Below are positions 7,910-15,010 of a DNA stretch of 24,000 nt, piece by piece; the first letter of the stretch is position 1, and every line of letters begins with the position of its first letter. The position numbers and the translations under genes were made by a program. The DNA comes from Methylocaldum szegediense (GTDB lineage: Bacteria; Pseudomonadota; Gammaproteobacteria; Methylococcales; Methylococcaceae): positions 1,723 through 25,722 of the forward strand of contig NZ_OX458334.1 in the NCBI RefSeq assembly GCF_949769195.1, in the 5' to 3' direction. The notes beneath the pieces are model-generated. The model did no database searches. It was not told the DNA's origin and worked only from the letters and a program-made list of their open reading frames with translations.

Positions 7910-8997
7910 GTCTTCGTCTCTTCTTCATCAGGTCTCAGTTCAAACGCGAGCCGACCACTGCCTTTGAAAAGGTTCAGGCGTCTTAATCCCTTCTTAATCA
8001 GGTCTCGTTTCAAACGTCATCGAGTACTCGACGTGTGAGGAAAACACTCACGTCTTAATCCCTTCTTAATCAGGTCTCGTTTCAAACACGACTCGGTGGT
8101 TCGGAATGGCTCAGGACCAGGTCTTAATCCCTTCTTAATCAGGTCTCGTTTCAAACCCAAAAGCGCCCAGGAATTGTTGTTGCAATACGCAGTCTTAATC
8201 CCTTCTTAATCAGGTCTCGTTTCAAACCAATCAAGCAAGCAAGAACCGATAGGAGAATATCGTCTTAATCCCTTCTTAATCAGGTCTCGTTTCAAACTCG
8301 CCGGACTACTCACTGGCTAATGATCGAAAAGGTCTTAATCCCTTCTTAATCAGGTCTCGTTTCAAACGATCGAACAACTTCAAAAACAATTTCCTTTGGT
8401 CCGTCTTAATCCCTTCTTAATCAGGTCTCGTTTCAAACCCATGAAGATTATCAACCTGACTCCTCACCCAATGTCTTAATCCCTTCTTAATCAGGTCTCG
8501 TTTCAAACATGTATACCCGTCAGAGCCTCCTGTCTGCGGCAGTCTTAATCCCTTCTTAATCAGGTCTCGTTTCAAACATGGGCTCATACTACGAAACTGA
8601 TTTAGGCCTGCGGTCTTAATCCCTTCTTAATCAGGTCTCGTTTCAAACGCTAAGGTAGGTAAAAAAATGGCTAAAAAAGAAATGTCTTAATCCCTTCTTA
8701 ATCAGGTCTCGTTTCAAACAAATGGGAAGTCAACTTTGGCAAAGAATAAGGTCTTAATCCCTTCTTAATCAGGTCTCGTTTCAAACGGGGCAGATAATGG
8801 CAGATAAAAATTCGGATTGGTCTTAATCCCTTCTTAATCAGGTCTCGTTTCAAACCAATCCAGAAGCCGAACTCGAGGTCTACAGCCCCGTCTTAATCCC
8901 TTCTTAATCAGGTCTCGTTTCAAACAGAATTTGCCCTTGCGGTTGCTTATAACTGGGGGCAGTCTTAATCCCTTCTTAATCAGGTCTCGTTTCAAAC
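7910..8997 (-). CRISPR. CRISPR array: 15 identical 36-nt repeats, one degenerate terminal repeat, 15 spacers (31-36 nt)
   Basis: The + strand repeat GTCTTAATCCCTTCTTAATCAGGTCTCGTTTCAAAC starts at 7980, 8052, 8121, 8192, 8262, 8332, 8403, 8473, 8542, 8613, 8684, 8751, 8820, 8890 and 8962. A degenerate copy with 6 mismatches lies at 7910-7945. The - strand call is inferred from the degenerate repeat marking the trailer end, and from the - strand reading ending in ATTAAGAC (compare ATTGAAAC-type tags). The array itself is near certain. The strand call deserves about 0.6. Confidence 0.9.
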
Positions 8998-9108
8998 AGC
9001 TCGCGTCTAAAACACCCTCATATTCAATGTCTTACAAAGGGGGTTGTAGAAAATTCTCCGTTCGGAAAAGTTACGCTCATTCTCCCGAGAGTTCATCGTT
9101 TGCCTCTA

Positions 9109-9471
9109 TCAGGCGCTAACCTTCCTCTTGGTTCTGGTCTCGTCCTGCTGGCGCTCGATAATGGCGCGGCTCCGTTCAAGCTCGAAGATTTCGACTCCCT
9201 GCTCGCGGGTAATCTTCCCTTCCTCGATCAACATACACAAGCCTTTCCGCATCGCGTACATGCGGATCACGAGCGGATCGCTCGGCGCCTCTTGGCGCAG
9301 TCTTTCGATGCCGTCCCATGCCTCCTGCTGGTAGCAGTAGTTGTCTGGGTCAGTTCTCGGGTCAGGAGGAGGGTTCTCTTCCGCCGCAGTTACGCTGATC
9401 GGAATCGAGAAGAAAAGCAACGCGGCGAGCGCCGGCGGAATCGCTACATTTTTAAGGTCCGGAATCGTCAT
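9109..9471 (-). CDS. Small secreted protein, unknown function
   Basis: The start at MTIPDLKNVAIPPALAALLFFSIPISVTA looks like a signal peptide. Its ATG (9469-9471) overlaps the recombinase stop as ATGA. Confidence 0.55.
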   Translation of the reverse strand: MTIPDLKNVAIPPALAALLFFSIPISVTAAEENPPPDPRTDPDNYCYQQEAWDGIERLRQEAPSDPLVIRMYAMRKGLCMLIEEGKITREQGVEIFELERSRAIIERQQDETRTKRKVSA

Positions 9472-10112
9472 GTTTTCTTGCCTCCCTTGGTTGTCCTGCG
9501 CTTGATATATCGGCTCATGTTGTTGGCCTCCATCCACTGATAAAGGGTGTTTGGCGAACAGCCCACGATCCTCGCGATCGAGGTCTTGTGCACGCCCTTG
9601 ACGAGCAGGTCCTTGATCTCGTCCTTGCGCTTATCAAGCTTGCGCTCGTCGCTGGTCCTCCCCTTCGGCCTCCCGAGCGGCAGTCCCGCCGCCTTCCGCC
9701 GCGCCAAGGCCTCGGTGGTCCGCGCCGAGATAAATTCGCGCTCGATCTCGGCTGCGAGGCCCAGCACCGTTGCGGTGATCCTGGCGTGTAGGCTCCCGTC
9801 CATCACCATCCGGTTCTTGACCACGTGCACGGCGATTTCCTTCTCGGCGGCGTGCTGGAGGATCTCCAAAACCTGAAGCGTCGAGCGGGCTAATCGTGAG
9901 ATTTCCGCCACCAATAGAATGTCGCCTTTCCTAGCCTGATCGAGCAGCTTGCCGATGTCCCGCTCCCGCCAGTTTTTCTTGCCGGTAACCGTGTCGTCGA
10001 AAAAGGTCAGGGGTTCTAGGCCATGCTGCTTGGCGTACTCAATGACGCCGTGGCGCTGGTTGTCCAGGTCCTGCCGGTCGGTGGATACCCGTATGTAAGC
10101 GTAGGTGGTCAC
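9468..10112 (-). CDS. Serine recombinase (resolvase/invertase family)
   Basis: YAYIRVSTDRQDLDNQ catalytic motif, a LARS motif, and a C-terminal HTH (KTSIARIVGCSPNTLYQW). GTG start. Confidence 0.85.
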   Translation of the reverse strand: MTTYAYIRVSTDRQDLDNQRHGVIEYAKQHGLEPLTFFDDTVTGKKNWRERDIGKLLDQARKGDILLVAEISRLARSTLQVLEILQHAAEKEIAVHVVKNRMVMDGSLHARITATVLGLAAEIEREFISARTTEALARRKAAGLPLGRPKGRTSDERKLDKRKDEIKDLLVKGVHKTSIARIVGCSPNTLYQWMEANNMSRYIKRRTTKGGKKT

Positions 10113-10142
10113 AGTGGATTTGGAAGGATTCCGGACTAAAAT

Positions 10143-10176
10143 TTATCCTGATTAAACGTCCGTTTTTTTAGGATAA
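10143..10176. promoter_or_regulatory. 7-bp inverted repeat in the divergent region beside the recombinase gene (possible res/operator site)
   Basis: TTATCCT (10143-10149) and AGGATAA (10170-10176) are separated by 20 nt, just upstream of the recombinase start. The repeat is short, so the evidence is weak. Confidence 0.25.
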
Positions 10177-10273
10177 CATGCTCTTGGGTGGCTTACCCCT
10201 TGTCTCCCCCATAGCTTTGAATAAATTCGCTGTATAAACGTGACGTTTTTTCGGATGTTTTCAGGAGACGGGA

Positions 10274-10987
10274 ATGCTGTTTTTAAGGATCAAAAACCGC
10301 AATCGGAAACGGGCCGACGGGCGGCCATGGGCGGAAGCGCGGGTCATCCGCAAGACCCGGAAGTTTGGACAGGTCATCGAGGACCGGGGAATTTCAACCA
10401 AGCGCCCCGTGCTCGTCACCGGCGCGCACGCCTCCGGCAAGACCTACTGGCTGGAGCGCCTCCGGGCGAACGCCGGGCGCGTGTGGCCCGGCATCGGCGC
10501 CGAGCCGCTTCACCTCGCCGCGACACGCCCTCTCTCGGCTTGGACCGACGTCAAGCACCTCGAACTCTGGTGGGCGGGGCGCGAGAACTGCGACGACGAC
10601 CGCCATTGGTCCAAGCTCAAGGCCTGGGAACGGGTGGACGCCCTGCCGCTTTACCTCCAGGAAACCGGAGCCGTGCTGTTCGTCGACGACGCCCACGGGC
10701 TCAGCGGCCGGAAGCTCAAAGTCGCGCAGGAATGCGTCCGGGCCGCCAAGGTCTGGGTCATGGCCGCGGCCGACGAGGGCCGGATCGCGCCGGGCCTGCG
10801 CAAGGACGTCATGGCCGCCGAACCGCAGATATTCAGGCTCGATACCGAAGTCGCCTACGACGCGACCCCGATACTCATGTGGATCCTCATCACCCTGGCC
10901 TTCGCCGCCGGCTCGTGGGAACTCGGCATGGCCTTGGCGGGGCTCAAATTCCTAGGGAGCGGACGCCGTGCCGCGAAACAGACCTGA
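10274..10987 (+). CDS. P-loop NTPase with C-terminal transmembrane helix
   Basis: Walker A VLVTGAHASGKT, Walker B-like AVLFVDDAH, and a C-terminal hydrophobic helix ILMWILITLAFAAGSWELGMALAGL. Confidence 0.65.
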   Translation: MLFLRIKNRNRKRADGRPWAEARVIRKTRKFGQVIEDRGISTKRPVLVTGAHASGKTYWLERLRANAGRVWPGIGAEPLHLAATRPLSAWTDVKHLELWWAGRENCDDDRHWSKLKAWERVDALPLYLQETGAVLFVDDAHGLSGRKLKVAQECVRAAKVWVMAAADEGRIAPGLRKDVMAAEPQIFRLDTEVAYDATPILMWILITLAFAAGSWELGMALAGLKFLGSGRRAAKQT

Positions 10988-11717
10988 TCCCGATTTCTGG
11001 CAATGGCTGCCCTTGGCGGCGCTCAACCTGCTCTTGGCGATGGCGGTTCTGATATTCGTCGTCGTGATTTCCGTCGCGGTCAGTACTACGCAAGCCGCCG
11101 AGGCGCCGGCGATCCCGCCGTACCAAATCCCCACATTCGACGGCTCGAACCGCGATTTCAGGGCCCCGATTCCGCCGATGTCCCCGGCCCCGGAAGTGGA
11201 TGGAGACGCGATTTTCCGCATGGTCGTGAACTGCTTCCCCGAGCGGGTCGCCTGGGGGCTGGAGGTAGATGCCGTCGCCGGCTCCCGCTGGGTCGACGAC
11301 AGCGGCATCAGCACATTCGACACGAGCGGACTCGCCCGGCACTACGTCGGGATCGTGGCCAAGATGCCCCTGTACTCGGCAACCGAGATCAACCGGGAAC
11401 GGCAGACCGAGTACCAGCGGCGCGAGCAGGTAGCGAAAAACATCAAGGCGCTGCTCTCCGGCCTGGCCGACCGCAGGCGCGCGCAGCGCGAGCTCGGCCT
11501 GTACTCTTCGCTCGAAGCCCGATCGCAAAAGCGGGTCGCTCTCGGCCTGGCCGAGGCCACCGAGCAAGTCGGCTATCTGGAAAAAGTCGCTCAAGCTCAG
11601 TCGAAGCTTGACGACGCTAACGCGCAGATCGAGGGCGCGCGCCTGGCGCTGGTCGGCCAATGCCGCGACGAAGTGGCAAATGAGGTCAACAGCTACTTGA
11701 AAGAAGTCATCCGGTAG
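10968..11717 (+). CDS. Membrane-anchored protein with C-terminal coiled coil
   Basis: N-terminal TM segment WLPLAALNLLLAMAVLIFVVVISVAV, a P-rich linker, and a coiled-coil-like C-terminus. GTG start, 20-nt overlap with the ATPase gene. Confidence 0.5.
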   Translation: MPRNRPDPDFWQWLPLAALNLLLAMAVLIFVVVISVAVSTTQAAEAPAIPPYQIPTFDGSNRDFRAPIPPMSPAPEVDGDAIFRMVVNCFPERVAWGLEVDAVAGSRWVDDSGISTFDTSGLARHYVGIVAKMPLYSATEINRERQTEYQRREQVAKNIKALLSGLADRRRAQRELGLYSSLEARSQKRVALGLAEATEQVGYLEKVAQAQSKLDDANAQIEGARLALVGQCRDEVANEVNSYLKEVIR

Positions 11718-11737
11718 AAGGCATGAGGACATGAAAC

Positions 11738-11965
11738 ATGACACCATCCTGTGAAGCGATCCTGAACGATCCCGCGGCCTCCGAATGGCTCAAGCTGGCG
11801 CTGGTGTCGGCGCTCGAACGCGATCCGGTGGACGCGGCGAACGATGCCGAGGTTTTGGCGGCCGTCCTGCGCGGACGCTGCGACGCCGTGCTGTTCGCCG
11901 GCGAGTCCGTCAACAATCTTCTGGACGCGCTTCAAGATGAACTGCGGAGGAACAGCGATGAATGA
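11738..11965 (+). CDS. Hypothetical small acidic protein
   Basis: 75-aa ORF in operon context. No recognisable motif. Confidence 0.45.
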   Translation: MTPSCEAILNDPAASEWLKLALVSALERDPVDAANDAEVLAAVLRGRCDAVLFAGESVNNLLDALQDELRRNSDE

Positions 11966-12317
11966 AGATAAGCTTTTCGGTCGGGGATGGGCGTTCTTTA
12001 CCGGCGGCGGTTCGAGAAATGGGAGTTCCCTGCCGGCGCTCGACGATCCGCTCGATCTCCTCGAATGGATGCGCGGCTTCGGCGCGGCGATGGCCGATTA
12101 CGATCTCGACGGCCGCTATCCGAGCGTCCAGGCGGCGCTGCTCGACTGCGGCGTGGACGGCGATCTCCTCGAGGATCTGCTCCAGGCCACCGAAGTGATC
12201 CGCGACGGCGAGGAATGGCACCGATGGCCTGCCGATCGGCCGATCCGGGGATTCGAACATGCCGGCTTCGGGCGGACCAGCGTTAAGGACACGTACTTAA
12301 GGACAGTTCCGCCATGA
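11958..12317 (+). CDS. Hypothetical protein
   Basis: Starts at ATG 11958 (MNEDKLFGRGW...). It overlaps the upstream ORF by 8 nt and the downstream ORF by 4 nt. Confidence 0.45.
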   Translation: MNEDKLFGRGWAFFTGGGSRNGSSLPALDDPLDLLEWMRGFGAAMADYDLDGRYPSVQAALLDCGVDGDLLEDLLQATEVIRDGEEWHRWPADRPIRGFEHAGFGRTSVKDTYLRTVPP

Positions 12318-12838
12318 AATGGGTCAATCACGTCGCCATCGCGGGTTCCGCCGCCGCCGTTTGGCGCCCCGAGCTGGTCCCGGTCGCGGTGCTCGGCTCC
12401 ACCGCCCCCGACTGGATGGAGTGGGGCTTGCAGCTGCTCGGCCGGCGCGTGAAACACCGGACGGTCACTCACTACGTTTCGTCCTGGGCGTTCGGGCTGG
12501 CCTTCGGTCTTTTGGTCTGGGACTGGCACTACGCGCTTACCGCCTTTGCCGCCGGCGGACTCTCGCACGTCCTCTGCGATGCACTTACGGTGCAAGGTGT
12601 GCCGCTCGGCTGGTGGTCGGATCGGCGGTTCCACTTATTTGGTGGGCGATTCCGCACCGGACAGATGGGCGAGTATTGGTTTGCCGGCGGCTTCGTCCTA
12701 GTCTGTTTCGGCGTGGCCATGCTTACGCGGCATTGGGGCGGCGAGTACAGCCCGTTTTTCTTCGACTGGGCGGAGTATTACAAGGAAGGGCTAATCGATG
12801 CGGCGGAGTGGAAGGCGAATCGGTTTAGATGGTTGTGA
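12314..12838 (+). CDS. YdjM-like membrane-bound metal-dependent hydrolase (DUF457-type)
   Basis: Hydrophobic protein with HRTVTHY and GGLSHVLCDALTVQGVPL motifs, typical of the YdjM family. Confidence 0.6.
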   Translation: MKWVNHVAIAGSAAAVWRPELVPVAVLGSTAPDWMEWGLQLLGRRVKHRTVTHYVSSWAFGLAFGLLVWDWHYALTAFAAGGLSHVLCDALTVQGVPLGWWSDRRFHLFGGRFRTGQMGEYWFAGGFVLVCFGVAMLTRHWGGEYSPFFFDWAEYYKEGLIDAAEWKANRFRWL

Positions 12839-12870
12839 TGGTTCATGACCAGAAATGTATCTTTTCACAT

Positions 12871-12895
12871 GAAAAAGCCCCTCCGGAGAGGGGAC
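12871..12895 (-). terminator. Intrinsic terminator downstream of the tRNA-like gene
   Basis: Read on the - strand: a CCCCTC/GAGGGG stem (12878-12883 / 12888-12893) with a 4-nt loop, followed by a run of five T (12872-12876). Confidence 0.5.
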
Positions 12896-12906
12896 TTTCG
12901 TAATAA

Positions 12907-13019
12907 TGGGAGCAACGGCAGGACTTGAACCCGCACCCTTCCTGCCCATATCATGAAGCTTCCGAGGTCTCCATAATATGTAGAAAGCAGGATGCTCTAT
13001 CCGGTTGAGCTACGCTGCT
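12907..13019 (-). tRNA. tRNA-like gene (113 nt) with a ~36-nt insertion in the anticodon arm; anticodon not assignable
   Basis: The - strand reads AGCAGCG-TA-GCTCAACCGGATAGAGC-A-TCCTG-[43 nt]-CAGGA-AGGGT-GCGGGTTCAAGTCCTGC-CGTTGCT-C-CCA. The acceptor stem, D arm, T arm (GTTCAAGTC) and encoded CCA are canonical. The anticodon loop is replaced by 43 nt that contain a 12-bp stem (CATATTATGGAG / CTTCATGATATG) with a 10-nt loop. Confidence 0.6.
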
Positions 13020-13031
13020 ATAACCCTTCGA

Positions 13032-13535
13032 CTATTCCAATTCATCTGGGGTTGAGGTTTTGACCAGTTTGAGTTCGGGACGCCCTTTCCTTTTTATCCT
13101 GCGCTCATCTTCTTCTTTACGCTGTTGACGAATCTCGATTTTTTCCATGGCGAAAGGCGTCGCCTCCTTTATTAATCCATCGAAGTGGTAAAGGTTAGGT
13201 AAGCTCCCCTCCTTAGTGACTCGACGTTCCTCGCGTCGGATAAGACCAGCTTTTTCTAGTGCGGCAATCCGCCTTTGCACTGTTCTTGGTGTTACGCCTA
13301 TGGCCTCTGCAATGGTGCTTTTCTTTGGATGCGGCTTGTTCTCAGCCGTCCACCAATAACTTGCCAAATGCATGATGATGTTCATGTCTATAGCGTCTAA
13401 ACCAAGGGCTTTTTGCTTCTCCAGCAGAATACTGGGGAAAGCCACCCATCCAGCATCCATCAACGGTTTCGACCATTTCTTTTCATTGGTGCGAAGGGTG
13501 GTTAGTGCATGCTTTTCTTTGGATGGCGCGGTCAT
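13032..13535 (-). CDS. Winged-helix DNA-binding protein (plasmid/phage replication- or regulation-type)
   Basis: PSILLEKQKALGLDAIDMNIIMHLASYWW....STIAEAIGVTPRTVQRRIAALEKAGLIRRE is a typical wHTH, followed by a basic C-terminal tail. Low-GC gene. Confidence 0.6.
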   Translation of the reverse strand: MTAPSKEKHALTTLRTNEKKWSKPLMDAGWVAFPSILLEKQKALGLDAIDMNIIMHLASYWWTAENKPHPKKSTIAEAIGVTPRTVQRRIAALEKAGLIRREERRVTKEGSLPNLYHFDGLIKEATPFAMEKIEIRQQRKEEDERRIKRKGRPELKLVKTSTPDELE

Positions 13536-13845
13536 GATCTCTCCCCAAAATGTCTGGTTATGATTATTGCGGCGAAACAGGCCAGTTTCAACGTTTCAGG
13601 GGAGACGCAGCGGTCTGGGGGACAACTTTGTTCTATGCGTTTATCGCGGTTCGTCTACGATGTTCGTTTGTATCGCGTATGTGTATTTTGGGAGACTCAA
13701 AAGTCTAGGGATGGGAAGACGATCGTGTCATCCGGGGATGATATTACCGTCTCCGCCGGGCGACTCTAGAGCCCCCCGATACAGTGAATTTAAATTTATT
13801 TGTCTCCGCTAGACAGTTCCATTTGCCAAAGACCGATTTTGTGTG

Positions 13846-13874
13846 TTGACAAAATAGTAAAGTTTTTATATTAT
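13846..13874 (+). promoter_or_regulatory. Sigma70-like promoter
   Basis: TTGACA (13846-13851), a 17-nt spacer, then TATTAT (13869-13874). Confidence 0.5.
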
Positions 13875-13880
13875 TCAAAT

Positions 13881-14166
13881 ACTTAAATATTTCCTAGATA
13901 ATCAGGTCAATTCTGAAGCGCTAACCAGTTTCTCAAGCAGCATCTTAGATTCCTTACCACTTGATTCAAGAATTAAGAGTCTTATTAAGATGCCTTTGAA
14001 ACTAGCTATTAAGGTGCTCATGTGAAATACAGTGTAGTAGCGAACGCCGTGTCAATGGGGTTTAGGCCTAGCTGCTTGAGATACTGGTTTCGTTTTTCTT
14101 TTTGACTTGATTGGAAAATTGACACCCCCACCAATTTTAAAAAGGCTGCCATGTGGCAGCTTTTTT
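13881..14166 (+). ncRNA. Candidate ~285-nt non-coding RNA carrying CRISPR-repeat-derived words
   Basis: Bounded by the promoter at 13846-13874 and the terminator at 14139-14166. No credible ORF (only an 11-codon micro-ORF). It contains ATTAAGA-5nt-ATTAAGA-4nt-TTTGAAAC at 13972-14002. Confidence 0.35.
14139..14166. terminator. Bidirectional intrinsic terminator
   Basis: AAAAAG-GCTGCC-ATGT-GGCAGC-TTTTTT. The stem is flanked by an A-run and a T-run, and sits between the convergent candidate ncRNA (+) and the 14196..14720 gene (-). Confidence 0.65.
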
Positions 14167-14195
14167 ATGCCCATTAGTATGGGCGAGTATGCTAT

Positions 14196-14720
14196 CTACT
14201 CCAGTGCCCCTTCGATCAACTGTGCCACTTCCTGCGAAATCCGCCGGTTCATCTCTTTGGATAGCCCAAGCTGGTCGTGCAACAGGTTCATGTAGCCGAA
14301 CAGCGTCTCCACCGTCGCCGAAAGCTGCCCCATATCATCGAAGCGCCACCCGACCATACCGCCCTCGATCCGCTCAACGTGCCCCTTGCACAGCAAGCGG
14401 AGCACGTGAAAGAAGGTATCGCCCTCTTTCTCGATAAAGTGAAGCCAATACGGGAAGTCGGCCGTAAGATCGGAGAACCACTGCCGGATTTCGGGAATCT
14501 CCGCCGTCTCGCGCGGGTCCTCGTCCCACCCGGAAAAGAAGAACGTCAGTCGCCCCTCGAACTGTTCGGCGTTTTCCCGAGACTCTGCTAGCGGCGCAAG
14601 CACTTCGAGCATGGGAGCGATATTGCCGGTCACAACCTGTTCGCGCGGAAAGTCGATGACCAGCAGTTCTTGCTTGGCCTGGGATAGGCGGGCGAGTGGA
14701 TACTTGATGCGGTATGGCAT
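14196..14720 (-). CDS. Hypothetical protein
   Basis: 174-aa ORF with normal composition. It is preceded by the partition-type repeat motif and followed by the bidirectional terminator. Confidence 0.6.
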   Translation of the reverse strand: MPYRIKYPLARLSQAKQELLVIDFPREQVVTGNIAPMLEVLAPLAESRENAEQFEGRLTFFFSGWDEDPRETAEIPEIRQWFSDLTADFPYWLHFIEKEGDTFFHVLRLLCKGHVERIEGGMVGWRFDDMGQLSATVETLFGYMNLLHDQLGLSKEMNRRISQEVAQLIEGALE

Positions 14721-14770
14721 GATGGTTCAAATAATATGAAATGGTATGATATGAAATGATTTCAAATCAT
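14721..14770. promoter_or_regulatory. Partition-type repeat cluster C
   Basis: ATATGAAATGGTATGATATGAAATGATTTCAAATCAT shares ATGGTATGA and the TGATTTCA(T/A)A word with the sites at 15646-15688 and 16411-16546. Confidence 0.5.
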
Positions 14771-15010
14771 TACTGGTTCATACCCCCGCCTTTTCCGCTG
14801 GCTCTGCACGGCGGTTAATTGCTTCATGGCCTCCGCGTAACATTCAAATGGGGCGCGCCTCACCTGCCCCATGGGCGACCCACGACGCCCCCATATCCGG
14901 GTCAACACCCAACTGCCCCACAGGTCTTGTTGCAGGTGGATCTCGTAGTAGCGGGTCTCCTTCTCCCAACGGAGGCGGAGCGGTTCCTCGGCGGCGATGT
15001 CGTTACTCAT
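14762..15010 (-). CDS. WGR-domain protein
   Basis: Starts at MSNDI (ATG 15008-15010). RYYEIHLQQDLWGSWVLTRIWGRRGSPMGQ is a typical WGR motif. Confidence 0.7.
   Translation of the reverse strand: MSNDIAAEEPLRLRWEKETRYYEIHLQQDLWGSWVLTRIWGRRGSPMGQVRRAPFECYAEAMKQLTAVQSQRKRRGYEPVMI

Noticed and set aside
5814-7967. Very long ORFs in all six frames. Examples: 6074..7483 + (469 aa), 5845..6516 + (223 aa), 6336..6917 - (193 aa), 6422..7246 - (274 aa), 5814..6302 - and 5822..6349 -.
   Set aside because: They exist because the tract lacks T on one strand and A on the other, so stop codons cannot occur. Their products are low-complexity R/P/G/A strings. Only the two - strand frames with start/stop logic and a DprA-like alignment were kept, at reduced confidence.
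9029-9064. GTCTTA lies 31 nt after the last full repeat and could be a 17th, degenerate CRISPR repeat.
   Set aside because: Only the first six bases match the consensus. The remaining 30 positions are essentially random matches.
10240-11052. Alternative-frame ORFs over the P-loop ATPase gene: 10240..11052 +, 10365..10955 +, 10394..10696 -, 10944..11747 -.
   Set aside because: The products are R/P/G-rich. The chosen frames carry Walker motifs and TM helices.
13972-14002. The repeat-like words could be a canonical tracrRNA anti-repeat.
   Set aside because: There is no continuous complementarity to the repeat in either orientation, only two 7-nt words plus one 8-nt word in permuted order. No cas9 or cas12 gene is present. 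It is kept only as a speculative repeat-mimic finding.
14107-14295. 62-aa + strand ORF.
   Set aside because: It runs straight through the bidirectional terminator hairpin and antisense into the 14196..14720 gene. It has no RBS.
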